A stretch of DNA of 62,530 nucleotides, filler included, from Catajapyx aquilonaris (Eukaryota), in assembly GCA_000934665.2 (NCBI GenBank). It is 2 parts of 2 records of this genome, joined end to end, with 100 filler letters (N's around TTAATTAATTAA, not from the genome) between each part and the next. Parts side by side here need not be neighbours in the genome. Positions count along the whole stretch, not along the records: positions 1 to 31,073 come from JYFJ02004587.1; 1 more part is not named here. One strand, 5' to 3'. The position numbers and the translations under genes were made by a program. Positions 1-13,600 of the stretch are shown piece after piece (within the stretch, counting starts at the first letter, position 1; every line of letters starts with the position of its first letter). The notes below the pieces were generated by a model that searched no databases, was not told the DNA's origin, and saw only the letters and a program-made list of their open reading frames with translations.

Positions 1-97
1 TACCTTTTGTTTTAAAGGTGCCATGTACCCTTCTAAAATAAAGGTGACAAAACAGGCCGTTTCGTCACCTTTAATAAAGGTGACCGGGCTAAGAGTG
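1..97. mobile_element. Right end of a CACT-terminated (CACTA/EnSpm-like) non-autonomous DNA element, truncated by the window edge
   Basis: Ends ...CTAAGAGTG followed by TA (reverse complement CACTCTTAG). The subterminal motif AAAGGTG/CACCTTT recurs at about 14, 40, 66 and 76. Confidence 0.5.
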
Positions 98-3000
98 TAT
101 AGTGGGAGAATGCAGATACCTCACATTTCCGTGATTGCATCAGCCACAAATACAAGTTGAATGTTGGGAAATTTGCCAATTTTAGAATTGGCGCGATCGG
201 GCGCGATCGAGTAACTATTTCTTTGAATTATAAATACTTCCATAGCTTTGAAAAATAAATACAGTGTGTGACTGTTGCAAGAAAGGCTGTGGAAAGCCAC
301 CATACAATATTTACATTGTTGGCCCTGATGAGTAGCGAATGGCAGCAAGGGAAACAATGGTGTCCTACAATCCACTAATACTTTGATAGCCATTAAAGTA
401 ACTGCTTAAATTACGTAGATTAGTGCCAACAACGCCACAGCAATAGGAGAAGTATTTTATAGATCAGCCTGTATAGCCATAGTGTTACATAGTGAAACTT
501 GGGACCCATACCTCCCAAGATGGAAAAAGAGAAAGGCCTCCGAGAAATTTATGTGACTCGATATAATGGGCTGAAATACCTGAATTATTGGGATATAATA
601 CGATTCCATCATTTCTACCAGCACTGAGAATTCAATTGTGAGAATTGCCGCATTGCATTGCATCATGTAAAGTGAAGCAATGAGTGGATAAAAAATTCTA
701 CGGATTGTCTTAGCCTTGTTGTAATTAAAACTTTACGCTGAACTAAGTATTTTTTCTATCTTAGGTTACGCCTTCTAACGCATGGCTTAAAATATTATTA
801 AAATATCATCAGTAGATCAACCTCAGGAACAAATGGGTTAATTAAAATGACTAGGAATAATTTTGAGGATTCCATATGGAAAATTACATGGCATACATTC
901 ACGGGATGTACTATACGGTATTGCTATTTGTGTTTGCTAAATCATGGATTACACTTGTTCATGTGTATAATGAACTGCGTTTCAGTTGGGTGTTCAAAAG
1001 AAACACAGCGCTTCACTGTAATTTAAAATGCTAGAACGATGACATCAAGAGGATTATCATATATAAGCATATACAGCACACTAATGCTCCACGGGCTTCT
1101 AACAATACATTTCTGGATTAGCTCTTAATTCCTAACTGTGCAATTAGAAGAAGCACTGTGTTTTTGCGACGAATCGCAAAAAACGCAGCTGAACTTTTAC
1201 GTCCTTATTTGCGATTTTATAAATTGCCGGTTAACCTCACATGATTGCTTTTTTATCGGGGGAGGGGGGGGGGGGAGAATAAAAGAGCACACACTGGATG
1301 AGCCCCAGAAGCACTGGCCGTGCATTCATGCACTCCTATAAGACCACGTAATAGATGGACGCAGTGTGTGGGCCTTTGAACCTACCCCTGAAGTGAACGG
1401 TCCATTTCCCACTGGAGAATTTCTCCCTTGGACCAGAAAAAAAGGCGTCTCAAACATGGCTGCCCTCAAGGGGAAGCCTGGAGTGGGAATGTTAGCTGCA
1501 CCTTTCAGTGAATAAGAGCGTGAGTGGATTCCTCGCTTGATTAGATTTGAGATCTCTCGATTTTTTAAAAAAAAAAAAGTCCAGGAAGTCCACAGATGCA
1601 TCTGAATTGCTAATTCATTCAAGTAATTTATGCGGAATATACAGTATGACCAGGCTGCGTATATTCTGGAGGGGAACGCAAAGTTTGCGTAATACTCGGC
1701 GGGGTATGAGCATTTACTGTCTGAAACTTATAATCCCTGTTTTGCTCCATCTGGTTGTGACATTGCGGAAAGTTTGACAATATTAAATTGAGGACGGAAT
1801 GACAACACCAGGTTTATGTACGACTTGATTTGTCTCACGTTTTGCCTCACGTTTTGCTCAGGTTATCATGTCTAGCATGGAAAGGTGAATGCAGAGAGTG
1901 GTTAAGTTAACGTTCATAAAGTACTGTACATTACGTGAATAAATCAAAACAAAAGATTTCCGTGAGGATGCTGCACTATACAGCATCAATATTACACCTT
2001 TGGAGGGTTTTCGCTTTTTCTGACAATGGGTGCTGCCATTCCAGTGCATTTCTTTCCGACGTTATCACGCAGTAATGCCACTTGGAGCCATTTATGGGAG
2101 GATGCAGAGCATGGCTGTCGTTCACGCGATTCTTCCCTATTGTCGCCAAAACTCGGTCACGGATTCTCTACTCAGCTTGGGAACTATCAAGTCACATGGG
2201 GGCCAAATCGGGTAGGTTATGGCATCTCAAGCAGCTTTGGTAACCCTCTGAGTCACAGCAGTAACATAGGGGCGACTGTTTTTAAAACCATATCATGGTG
2301 AAACGACTGTCGCTGTGTGCACCAATAAATAGCTTCAGTCGCCTGTAGAGCACTGGCATCACGCGTGAAGAGAGAGAGAAAATATTTAAAACATCATTGG
2401 ACTGTCAGAGGTCTACTGTCGGAAGAACCGAAAATCCGTTGTGGTTCCTGTTACATGGTGTTTCGTAATAATAAGCCAAGCTGCTGGGGAAATGAGACTT
2501 TACCCAAGACTTAAGATTATTGATCCTCGATTTATCTTATTCGCTACACATCCGCCTACGGACGACCGGGTCACTTTCATTTGACTCAACATTGTTGTAC
2601 TGTACAGTATATAGATTACGCCATATAGGCTTAGTTGTGACACTATATATTCGAGTTGCTTTTCCAGAGAACTCTGTATTGGAGTCTTGCAACGTGATAA
2701 TAAACTTATATGCCGGATATAAAAGAATATTATTCAACACCCTTTCCTGCACACGTATACTGCACTGTACTGTACTTGCTCTACATTGTGGCACGCTTTG
2801 AAGGGTGCAATAATCGAAATGTAGCCTATGCCAGGAATCCCTCTCCACATTTTGACCAGGTTTTTGAAAAGTCGAGTGAAATCCCCGGATTTATACATAG
2901 GCCTACTAGATTCCACTTCCACGGCGGGATAATACTGACACTGAACCAAAGTTGTGAGATGGTATCATCCCGACGTTAGGTCAGGTCATGTTCGCCCAGA

Positions 3001-6000
3001 TTAGGCAAACTTCTGAACATAAGTTATACGAACCCTATTTTCTTGTAATCTAAGACGTGACCTAACCTCGAGTTGACCACCAGCTTCTGTCCCCATTCTA
3101 CTTGACCCCATCACCCAGTGCTGGTGGCACATGACCCGTCCTTGATCATCCAGAAATGGCCCTTAATTGGCTCCTATCCCAGTCGCCCTTCATGAATGAG
3201 CCTTAATTGATGTTTGCCCTCCACCTTGAAGGGGGATGATCCTCGTGTTTGAGTAAGGTCATCCGTTTTGAAGGGGGGGGTTAAGACGTAGCCCCGCCCA
3301 TCCATGGAAAGGGCCCAACTCATGTTGAGGGAGGGGGATGGAAATTGATTTGCAGGCCGGGTGGGGTGGGTGTAGTTCCCCGGCCCCAGTGTGTGGGGCG
3401 AGGTGGTGGAGTGAGGAAGGTGGGGAATCGCGCTCTCCGAGACCCTCGCAGCACACCTTGGCACGACACACGACCAGGACCGATGCCATGAAGGTACCTG
3501 TTCATTACAATTTTAGGGGGGTTTGAAATGAGTTTCACGTGCCATTAGGTGGTTGACGTCGTGTCGTGACGTTAGGACAGTGACATACGGGATTGATAAA
3601 CTTGTGCTGAGGGTGACTTCATTGCCGGGGCATATGGAGGTCATATCTTCAGATTCGGATCGGGGTCTAGAGGGCCGGTATGAATATTGCGGGGAACTGG
3701 GTATCTCAAGTGGATAGAATTCGTTGCACTGACTGGTGTATATTTACCGGCATGCGGGTTCTATTCGGCGATTCTTTGCAAAATGCTCGTATCGGTGAAT
3801 CTTTCCCAAATCATAGGTCCTGAAAGACATATTCTTGTGATGGAATCAATTTTGAAGGCTCGTGCACAGGGATTTAGGGCGTTATTTTTTATGGACGTCA
3901 ACTGAACTATTGCCGTGGTTATAAAGTGGGTTGGAACTTGTCGTAGATGTTACTTGAACGCTGCTTAAAACGGCCACGTGAATATGCCTCTTGGTATTTT
4001 AAAATCAATAATATGGCAAAAGGTTGTGTTTCCCTATACCCTTGATTTGGGCATTTCATTCAGAACTGATGATCATTAAAGTTATTATGTTACGTGGAAG
4101 TGCCTGATTACCAGGAACAATCCTAATAGTATGTAGACCTACTCTGATGCGAGTTATTACAGAGTAAGCTTCACCAGCTGTAACTGATATCGAATTAGTA
4201 AATTACTGGGTCATTGTCAAGGAAACCACGTATCTTTCGAGAATTCGTGTAATCACTAATTTGAGACATATTTTATCTTCGCGAATATTTACAACTGATA
4301 ATGTTTTTCAACGCTTAGATAAATATATTAGGTACAGTTTCATTTTGTAGTAGCAGAGTACAAGTCATACATGTATGAAAATTGCGCAATTTTAATTATT
4401 GCTTCATTCAGAGTCCATATTTTATTGTTACAATTTTGGTCTCACTGTAGACAGTCAAGATGACAACTTAAGAGAAGTAATGAGAGGCCCTCTTGGCTCA
4501 CTCTTCACTTGGGCATGCTTCACAAATCCCTGTCCTAATGGTTGGAATGTATTACATAATTTCGGTGAGTCCAATGACTGCGGAGCCGATCCTGGTGACC
4601 CAGAAATAGCATGGCACAATATGCGTGCAAGTAAGTGACCCAGTAAGTCAGATCCGCCAATTGCTGGCAACACCCCCGGGAGTGTGGCGTGAAAAACCGC
4701 GTAATACGAAAAGGCGGACCGAATCCGCCGATCATTTCCTGGGAGGGGTGAGGAAAGCGAAAATTTAGCAAGCCATTTAGCAGGACGTGAAGGTGACAAA
4801 AGTGGACGAGAAACCGGAAACGAAGATGTCATCTCCAGGCTCTTTGCTGGAAAGGTGACAGCTCCATTTTTAAGGTCGCGCTCTTCTTTTCCTCCATCAA
4901 CTCCCACCCGACTTTTTCTTCTTTTTCTTCCTTTTTATACTGACTGTCAAGGTTCACCGGATTCTTAGGATTTCCCGAGGAGTGCAGCTTCCCGTCATAC
5001 TTTGAGAGGGCGTTGCTAATGGGAACAGAGATCTGTTGTGTCTGCTAGATTATTTTTCTTATAGCATTTCTTCGAAATCGCGCGAGGGGGGCTTTACATT
5101 TATGTCCTTTTGTATGGTCGTATACATTACACCGTTATTGTTCATTTTAATATATCATGGGGCTTAGGTCCATCACCTGTAATGGGTGGAAACAAAGTAA
5201 GCTCTTTCTGGATATGTAATCGTGGTTTTTGCCGGAATATAACGTGATGCTCACGGGACTGACACGAGAGATACCACTACGACTTGTGTACGCACTTTGC
5301 AGTAATCCTCATATGTAACTTCACATTGAGATAAAAAGTCTTAATAATGGATTTGGTAATTGTACATTTCTCAATTTAAATGACAACAACAACAACAAAA
5401 ATAATGCGGGTTGTGCTTGACCTCCTTGAGAGGTATGTAGCACGGATCTTTATTATACCGTTGAAGTACGATACGGGCAGCGTGACTGGGAGGTGATGTG
5501 CAAGGTGCAGTGCAATGTCGTTACTATGGTCATTTTGTGAACTCCCCCGCAGGTGGTTAGTCCACATTTCTCAATATGACTCACACTGAGGTATGTGACT
5601 CGTGAGGTAATGGAACTCGTGATATACTGTATAATACCAAAGAACGATATTTTTGCCGATAGTATATTTTCAAACTACGCCCTATCGACACCAGATACTT
5701 CCTGAGTTCCATTGGATTCCCAGTCAATGCATCTGAATTCCCTCTCTGTTCTTGCCAAATGAACCCGTCGCGAGCAAAAAGATGGAGGCGACTGATCACA
5801 GGGAGGTCGAGAGTTTCCTGGAATTCCGGAAAATATCGATAACATAAAGCCACTGTACAGTATACCCAAACTTACCCCATGAACTCCATATATACCTCGT
5901 TGCTTTAGTTTCCTACGCTCCTGCAGTGAGAAACGAAACTTGCAACATGGCGCTTCCATATTTTAGCTCGCTCTAGTCCAGTGAATTTCCCCGAATAATT

Positions 6001-7290
6001 ACCTCTGGCCATACGCGTAATATACAGTATCTTGGAATCTAACATCGAAGAAATTTGGAGTTTAGGAGTGACAGTTATTTATACAGAGAATTAAAAACTT
6101 GAGAATATTAGTGCTACAGTTATTGTCATTGAAATGTCGTGACATTTATTGTCGCGCCACCCTTGATTTGTAATTTGAAGTCAGCGTCGTCGACCTATCT
6201 TGGAAAGAGACCCACTGAAACTTGAAAGGGCCACTTAGCTAGCAATATTTGTATATAAATATTTCAAAGCGAACTGCTGGATGCGGAAGTCCATTTAGGC
6301 AAAGAAGACATTACGGGGGACAACGTGGGAATGGAAATGACCCGGATTCTCTCCCGGGTCTGTCTTTTTTTTACGACTGGACCCCAAAAGTGAGGGTGTA
6401 GTTAATAGCAAGGCCTTGAAAGGGGACGTGAGACGTGTGCTTAATCACTCCTGCGTCATCAAGCCCGCTATAGAGGGTTAGCATTTTGTTGCGACAAAAG
6501 GGAGAGTGGGGGAAGAGGATGAGGAGTAAGGCGGAGTAGTTTCATAAGGCACAAGTGCAATTAGCCTTGTTGGGTGCTGCGAGCTATGCAATAGTGCAGA
6601 AAGGTATCATACGGAGTTGCAAGTCCTAATTAAATTTTCTGCCAGGTCCCTCCTGCCCCACCATAACACCCCTCACTTCTTCTGGTCCTTACTTCACATC
6701 CCCTTGGCATTTAACAATCTCAGATCCAACAATCGACGCTGCACTGTAAACAACTCCTGAGGGAAGGCGGGGCTTTCCACCGGAGGATATATCTTCACTT
6801 TCTGTAGGCGATTTCCCGGGTGCCTCTTGTCATATCGTGAAACACAATAAAATTTGAGACGCGAAGTCAAGTTTGCACAATGTAACTGCACGACGTCTTG
6901 TTGACTGAAGGAATCGATTCATGGTAGAGGTGGAAGTCAAACTCCGATGTGGGATCTGACCCTATAAACCGGGGCTTCAAAGATATTGTAAATCTTCACC
7001 CTAGGCCACAGGCATGAGCAGGTGACTCAGAATTGAAGGCGTTATATTATGGGGAGACGTTGCGACCCAGTATGAAGCTCTAGCTACTTTTTTTGGCTCT
7101 AAAAATTGAGTGCAGGAAGATCTGGTGGTATTATAAGAGTGTGGCATCGCGAATATAGGGCACAGTTCTTACAGTACGGATCAGGCCTTGATGTCTGCGA
7201 AAATTCTTAGAACGGTTTTGGTGAGAGATACGCTGGGGAAAGGGGATCCCGCTAATCACTTCTCGTCCACTTCCCAAAGATGGCTGGTTA

Positions 7291-7465
7291 AGCTGGGTTC
7301 ACACGGGCGCGGGCGATTCGTTGCCTTTGGGTCGTTATGCGGCTGGGATCAACCAATCGTCACGTGCCGCGTAACGACAAAGACAGGAGCGCCCTGCGCG
7401 ATTGGCAGATCCCAACCGTAATGGCTCCAAGGCAACGAAACGCCCGCGCCCGTGTGAACCCAGTC
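7291..7465. mobile_element. PIF/Harbinger-like (Tourist-type) palindromic MITE
   Basis: CTGGGTTCACACGGGCGCGGGCG at the left end matches CGCCCGCGCCCGTGTGAACCCAG at the right end. The arms keep pairing inward for about 75 bp. The left flank is TTA/TAA; the right TSD is degenerate. Confidence 0.7.
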
Positions 7466-7502
7466 ATGGCAATTCAGTTCCAATCAGATGGTATTAAACT
7501 TA

Positions 7503-7629
7503 TGCCCGATTGCACCAACGAAATTACCGATTCGATAGCTCCTAACAGATCGTTAGCACACGTTAAAAGGGCTCCTAACGATCCATTAGGAGCTATCGGA
7601 TCGGTAATTTCGGTTGGTGCAATCTGGCA
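7503..7629. mobile_element. PIF/Harbinger-like MITE, 127 bp, with TTA target-site duplication
   Basis: Inverted arms of about 55 bp (TGCCCGATTGCACCAACGAAATTACCGA... / ...TCGGTAATTTCGGTTGGTGCAATCTGGCA). TTA flanks both sides (7500-7502 and 7630-7632). Confidence 0.8.
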
Positions 7630-8728
7630 TTAGTGCAGGCATGTATTCTAGCAAAGAATCGTCAGCATTCTTGAGTAAATCACTTCAAATATACCTGGAA
7701 ATTACGTGTGCACATTAAATGGGACCTATTGTCGTCTCCAGGTACTAGCCAGGTCAGCTGATCAGAGCAGGCTAAGAATTCTTGGTCGTTTTTTTAAAAC
7801 TAAAAGTTTGACTGTAGTAATTGATCGGAGTTTCTAGTCGCTGACTGGAGCGGGATGTACTGCACGCAGTGCGGTTTCAGGACATTTCCACTAACTTCTT
7901 ATTCTGACCGTAATTCCAGTAACGAATTGGCAGTCTTGCACTGCTTTCTTGCTAATACGACCTCAAGGGTAGGCACAATTTAATTACGATTCGAGTAGGC
8001 TGACGCCTTTCCCTCCACGTAACCCATAGAATCCCCGGAATACTTAGGGCGGGAGACTAATTACAGCGAATCATTTTGGGGAATGAGCCGTTTGGACAAA
8101 AGGGGGCAGGCGCGCAAATCCCATTTGCGTCAGTTTCTGGCATCGCAAGGAGGAAAATGGGCTACCCAAACGACACTGTTGACCGGACACTGACCCTGCA
8201 CGATAAGCAGGTAGGCTTCAATTTTGCTGGAATTAATCGCGAGAATGAGTTCGGTAAATGGAAGGTTGTATTTGTTGATGCGACATTGCAGGATCATCCA
8301 ATTGGAGAGAGTTAGTGAAAAAAATAGAGTCAAGGCTAGAAACCTGAAACTGTCCCCAAAAAGATGTGAAGCACTGGTGGCAGTCTCGTCGCGGTTCCGG
8401 TTATCAAAGGGATAGAGTAGTTGGAGGTGTCGGCGGCGCGGCGTGGCGGTTCCAGGGGAGTCCGTTCTCGACTCCTCGAGTGGAAATTGGAGTTTCAATT
8501 TCGCGGGGTCAGGTCTCGTCTTCTTCTGAACTTGCTCCAAAACGGGTGATATTAGCTAACTTGGACCATTTGGGCCACTGCCGAAGTATTGCATGCAACC
8601 TGATCTTGGATCCCATAGATTTGGGACACTTCATTCCTCTGGCAGTTACTATACTAAAAACTTTAATTGCATAAAAATATTCACTACGGTGCATGAATTT
8701 TTGGCCAGGTAAATAAAACTTCTTCATG

Positions 8729-8732
<4 letters not shown>

Positions 8733-8782
<50 letters not shown>

Positions 8783-9116
8783 CCTGGGGTAGCGCTTTCG
8801 CCCCCATATGGGAGTATATCACACGAACCTTTATTTTGATTGATGGTACATTTTGGTGCCTATTCATTGAAGCGCCCGGGCCCACGGACAGGATGACAGG
8901 AGGGGATGTGCAATGTGTTGTGCAAAGTTTCTAACATATGGTACATAATTTGTGAACTTCCCTGGGTGGATATGTCTAGCGGAGATTCCACCCGAGACGA
9001 AGCCAGAGACGACCCAACTCTGCACGAGATGAAGGGGGGAACCCCTGGCTGGGATCGAACCCGGGACCTTAACATCCGTGGGCGCATACGTTATCGCAGC
9101 GCCACTCCGTCGCCCA
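8733..9116 (-). mobile_element. Full-length tRNA-derived SINE with (TTA)n tail
   Basis: Minus-strand 5' head has an A-box-like TGGCGCTGCGA (~9094-9104) and a B-box GGTTCGATCCC (9051-9061). The 3' tail is a (TTA)n run (~8733-8782). The exact direct repeat TTCATGTATA flanks the element (8723-8732 and 9117-9126). Confidence 0.85.
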
Positions 9117-9126
9117 TTCATGTATA

Positions 9127-9129
9127 TAA

Positions 9130-9172
<43 letters not shown>

Positions 9173-9175
9173 AAT
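9127..9175. repeat. (TAAA)n microsatellite
   Basis: About 11 tandem TAAA units directly after the SINE TSD. Confidence 0.95.
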
Positions 9176-10385
9176 AGCGAAGTTTAAAGATTTTAGTGTA
9201 GGAACCTAAGTGACCATGACGAAGAAGCCTATTCATGCTTAGAATTACAAAATTCTAAACAAACGTATCAAACGTTATACTATACCATCAGGGTACTGAT
9301 GGTTATTGTACGAGAGTCAGAGTGGGCGCAACTTTTTTTGACAGTACCTTGTAATGATCATGTCTCGTAGCCGCTAGGTTTCATTAAGCGAAAATCTGGG
9401 GGTATGAGGTGATTGCAAATCCGAAGCTTGAGCATTGGGCACAACTCCAATTTCACCATGTGTTTGAGATCGGGTCTTCAACCAACCATCCAATTTCCTC
9501 GCTTCATTTCTAATGAATCAGCTTCCACCTCAGACGTAATTTGGACTCAGCTGCCGACACCGACAAACCCTTTCTTTCTGGTTATCAGATGCGCTCAAGA
9601 AAGTTACGATTTTGTCGCCAGAGCAGAATGATTGAGCACGTAGCCTAATTCAAGCCGAAAACTGTGCGAAAAGCGTTACTTAATCTGACGAATCGTCAAG
9701 ATTGATGCCCGCATTATAATATCTAGCCCTGAGACTCCCAGTAGATGGTGCGAATGGAGGCTTGAACTTGTATGCAGTCGTGAGACAGCCTCGTGCGAGG
9801 GTAGTCGAATAAGTAGGTTGCTGCCAACTGTGTATTATTGGACGATCCTGAGGTGACTTTTCGAGGTCAAGAGTGGCGATCTATAGAGACCTCACAATAT
9901 TTACAGGTCTGCTTAATTTTTTCTAGGCAAATGGGCAGTCGAGGCAAGGTAAACACCTTGCGCGTGGGTGAATACTGTACCGTCACCATGCAAAAATACC
10001 GGAGGGAATGAGACATGGCGCGTGAGAAAGGCGAGTTAGTCTAACATTCTAGCTCCATTTCTGTGCAATTATCATGTATTCCGGCCAAGCCACCTCAGCA
10101 TAAATATTGCAAGACTCTTAAAAAGGGGAACGCCGAGCTCGCATTTGCACTCTCCTCGGCCGGAAACGCATTGGGCAAAAACAAAGTTCAGTCCATGACA
10201 CCAAAAATGGCGCGCGTATAAATAGCCGAGTTATAATTGCCATTTTATAAGTTATTAGCGTGCTCCTAAAATAAAGCGGACAGTGTAGGAATCTAGGAAA
10301 TGCATCATGCTCAAGCAGTCTGCCTGGGTGAGAATGCGATTGTTGCTGATCCAGTCGTTGAAATGAATGGATCAGCAGCATATCG

Positions 10386-10641
10386 GAATATCGATATTGT
10401 CCTACCACCCTTCTCGTAATATCGGATAACAGTTTGCGCCCTGTTAATTTTTTTAAATTATTCACTTTCGGAACGAATCAAAATTTTCATTCAGCCAAAT
10501 CCTGCCAAACATTTGATTGAATGAAAATTTTGGTTTGTTCAGCTAAATATATATTTTTTAAATGTATGGTAAACAAAACTTAACAGGACGCAAACTGTTA
10601 TCCAATATTATGAACAGGGTGGTAGGAAAATATCGATATTC
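10386..10641. mobile_element. Foldback/MITE-like element with long imperfect inverted repeats
   Basis: GAATATCGATATTGTCCTACCACCC...GGATAACAGTTTGCGCCCTGTTAA (10386-10447) pairs with 10580-10641. A second inner inverted pair lies at about 10471-10500 / 10511-10540. Confidence 0.7.
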
Positions 10642-13600
10642 TATTATGTTTATTCGTGGGTTTTGTGGCTATATTGGAGGTGACTGGTGGGATTATTACG
10701 AGCAGTTCGCAGCCTCATTCGGTATATAAGGCCGTGTGAGGACCTCTTTTGGAAGCATATATCGGAAGGATGGGAGCTGATTACTGATGCAGGTTTGGCG
10801 CCATGCCTCGCCATCACTTTGCCGCCAATCCCACTGGAAATGACAGCTGGAGGGGATAACGCCTCTGGAATGAATGGCTTCATATCACTGACATCTCCTC
10901 TTTTTTTTGCACACCTTTTTATCTGGCTTCTATGGTCCATCCATCTTTCATCCGTGCACACGGATCATTGCGCTTTTTTTTGACGAGCAAGGTTCTAAAT
11001 TGCACTTGAGCTCTCTTTGACAGCTTTTGTAAATTGATCTTCTCTGGATGGCCGCAGCCTGTCAGATCCCGGATCGGTTTTGTATTGGTAAACTAATTGT
11101 GTTAAATGTAATTTGTACGTGAAAGTTTGAACGACGCAATTGTGCAAAACTGGCCCATTGTCTGGATCCTGGATGACTCGGCAGTTTGCAAAACTGCAAA
11201 GCTGAACGAGCTTAATTTTGTTTTAGAGTAGCCAATCAAATGCCACGTTGCATCACTGAGAAAAATTATCCTAATCCATAACTTCAATAAAGAATCGCTT
11301 CCAAGATTGCCCACGATAGTTTCTATTGGAAGTTGTTCAAGTATATACGAGACTCTGTAATAGAAGATTGGAATATATAGACCGTGAGTTCCATAATTAA
11401 GCTTATATCCGTATTGATTCAAACGTCTCCTGCGTCAAGTCGGTCCTTGTCAATCAGAAATGGCGACGAATCCGCACAGAAGAAATATCTACAGGCAGGC
11501 CTTGCGAATTCCGTTAGTTCAGAGAAGAATCGACAGCGTGGAGGCCCCCCGAGTACTCGCCGAATGACTACACATACATCAAGTGCAAGTCCATTCTCTA
11601 GCAAATTGGCAATCCGTCGATGGCAACAAGGGTTGACTACTCAAGGAGGGGCGAAAAAATATATATGTATTGCTGAGGATGTCAGGAAGCTTGCCAAATT
11701 GATTGCACTCCTCCGAGTACACAATCAAAACTTTTGGAGAGGGTGTGAAGAGGCGTCGACGATGAAGCCGGTCACAGGTGATGGGACAGCAGGTGGTAGG
11801 CCGCAGGCTGGTGTATTTTCAGTTTTTCTCACAGGCTATAGAGAAGCATCGAACAAGTACGTGGATCAAATTAAAGTTATGGGCTTATGGCATATACTCG
11901 TGTTCACAAACTCGTTGAATGCCCGCCGTGATTGTTATTAATTTATGCGTTAATTAATAGTTCAACGAGTTGTTGACTGCAATAATGCTCGTTCGGTGGA
12001 ATGACGTCGCCATATAATAATGCTATCAATTAAATGGCGCTTAATTAACATCAAAATATAATATGGGCCCTGTATATACACTTAACGCATATTATAATAG
12101 GGGCCAATATGGCCGCCATGTTTACCGGCTAATAACTAATTGAACGCGAGAGGCAATTATTATCGGGCCGTTAATTTAGGTGATGAATTACGACAGGTTA
12201 GCTGCAGGTCTCGGACATGTCCCTGTCTGAGGACGACCGTCGGGAAATCCGGCGGTGTGACACAACTCGGCATGACAGATGCGCTGGAGTTGCTGGATTT
12301 TTGATAGTTGTGGGCCAGGTCAAATTGACGACCGGTCATTTGACGTCGGTGAAGAGTGCGTCAACATGGCACAACGCCAGGGATCTTGACGCCCACAGCA
12401 CCGACATTGATATAGGATTATCCATGGGTGTCCGAATGGAAAGGGACCACAGAGGTGTCAGGGATTTCAAGTGCTGCTTGCCAAAATTCAGGGAGGTGCG
12501 ATAAAATCTATCCCGCTGGCACATAACTGCGATTTCTTTTTTGGCAACATGTGGCCACCTTCATCGCGCAAGTTTGGGCCACTTGGGCGGCTCCTGATGG
12601 CCATGATAGACAAGCGTTGTTTACTCGCCGTGTCAGGGGAGCTCTACATGTCAGATGCGCGAAATAATATGAGACGGACAGTGATTAATCAGGGCCTGAT
12701 GAGCGGGAAACAAAGCTCGTTGTCATCATTCCTCAGCTGAGCGGTAATCAAATGGTCTCTGCCCCTGTGGCCAAAAGAAAGGCCGGTTTGAACCTCTGGA
12801 GATAAGTCAGAGCGCTGCCTTTGAAAGGAAGCTGCTGGAGTAAAAAAGCTAAAGAAGCCCGGGGGGGGGGGGGGGGGGGGGNATTCGCGGAAGTGGAAGG
12901 GTGTCGGAGATAAAAAGGCTGGCAAATAGCCGAAAGGCATGGCAGCTCGAGAGGTCCGGTACGGTTTGTGCTTGGCGACACCATCTATTGTGGGGGTTCC
13001 ATTTGTTAATCAGTTGAGGTGGTGTGTTGGTGGCGGAATTGAACCAGAAACCCGCGTGTCTGTGTGGGCACAATCAGTATCAGAAACATATTTTTTGTCC
13101 AAAAGTGCAGGGAAATATAGACTTAAAAGATACATTTCGACTGACTTGTAGCGCTGCTAATGAATGCAGGACAGTTCATTATTGAACCTTTTGATGGGGG
13201 CTTAAATCAGGGGAGATTAAAAAAATATCGATTAATGTACATTCGCTGATGCTGTGCTACTTTAATGTTGCTATGTGGGGAATTACCATCATGGCCTTTA
13301 ATGTTGTTTTTTTTCAGAGAAAAATACTGGCCGCATGATATGTTGTGCGCGGGAAAAAAGTTCGTCATAATTCCCACGTAATTAGGAAATGCTGCAAAGC
13401 TATCAAATTACACGTGGGGAAAAAATTGTCAATCGACCTGTAAATTACCGCCTGGTTAGTAGGGCTGTGGCGCCTATTGCACACGGCATATGATCAGTAC
13501 GTAATAAAATGACCTTTGTCGGTGTCCGCTACCAGAGGACAGCTCAAATTTTGGTCACTTTTCTCGTGATCTGAGCAGAGAGGTGCAGTTTCCCCACCTT

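Noticed and set aside
2960..3082. Degenerate inverted repeat (GTTAGGTCA/TGACCTAAC)
   Set aside because: Too diverged to call; the same applies to the weak pair at about 58213-58472.
9041..9115. tRNA gene
   Set aside because: A and B boxes are present but there is no clean cloverleaf or Pol III terminator. It is the head of a TSD-flanked SINE.
11384..11941. 185-aa ORF (similarly 17468-18058, 44017-44643 and 52213-52701)
   Set aside because: No recognisable motif or supporting splice structure; lengths are compatible with chance.
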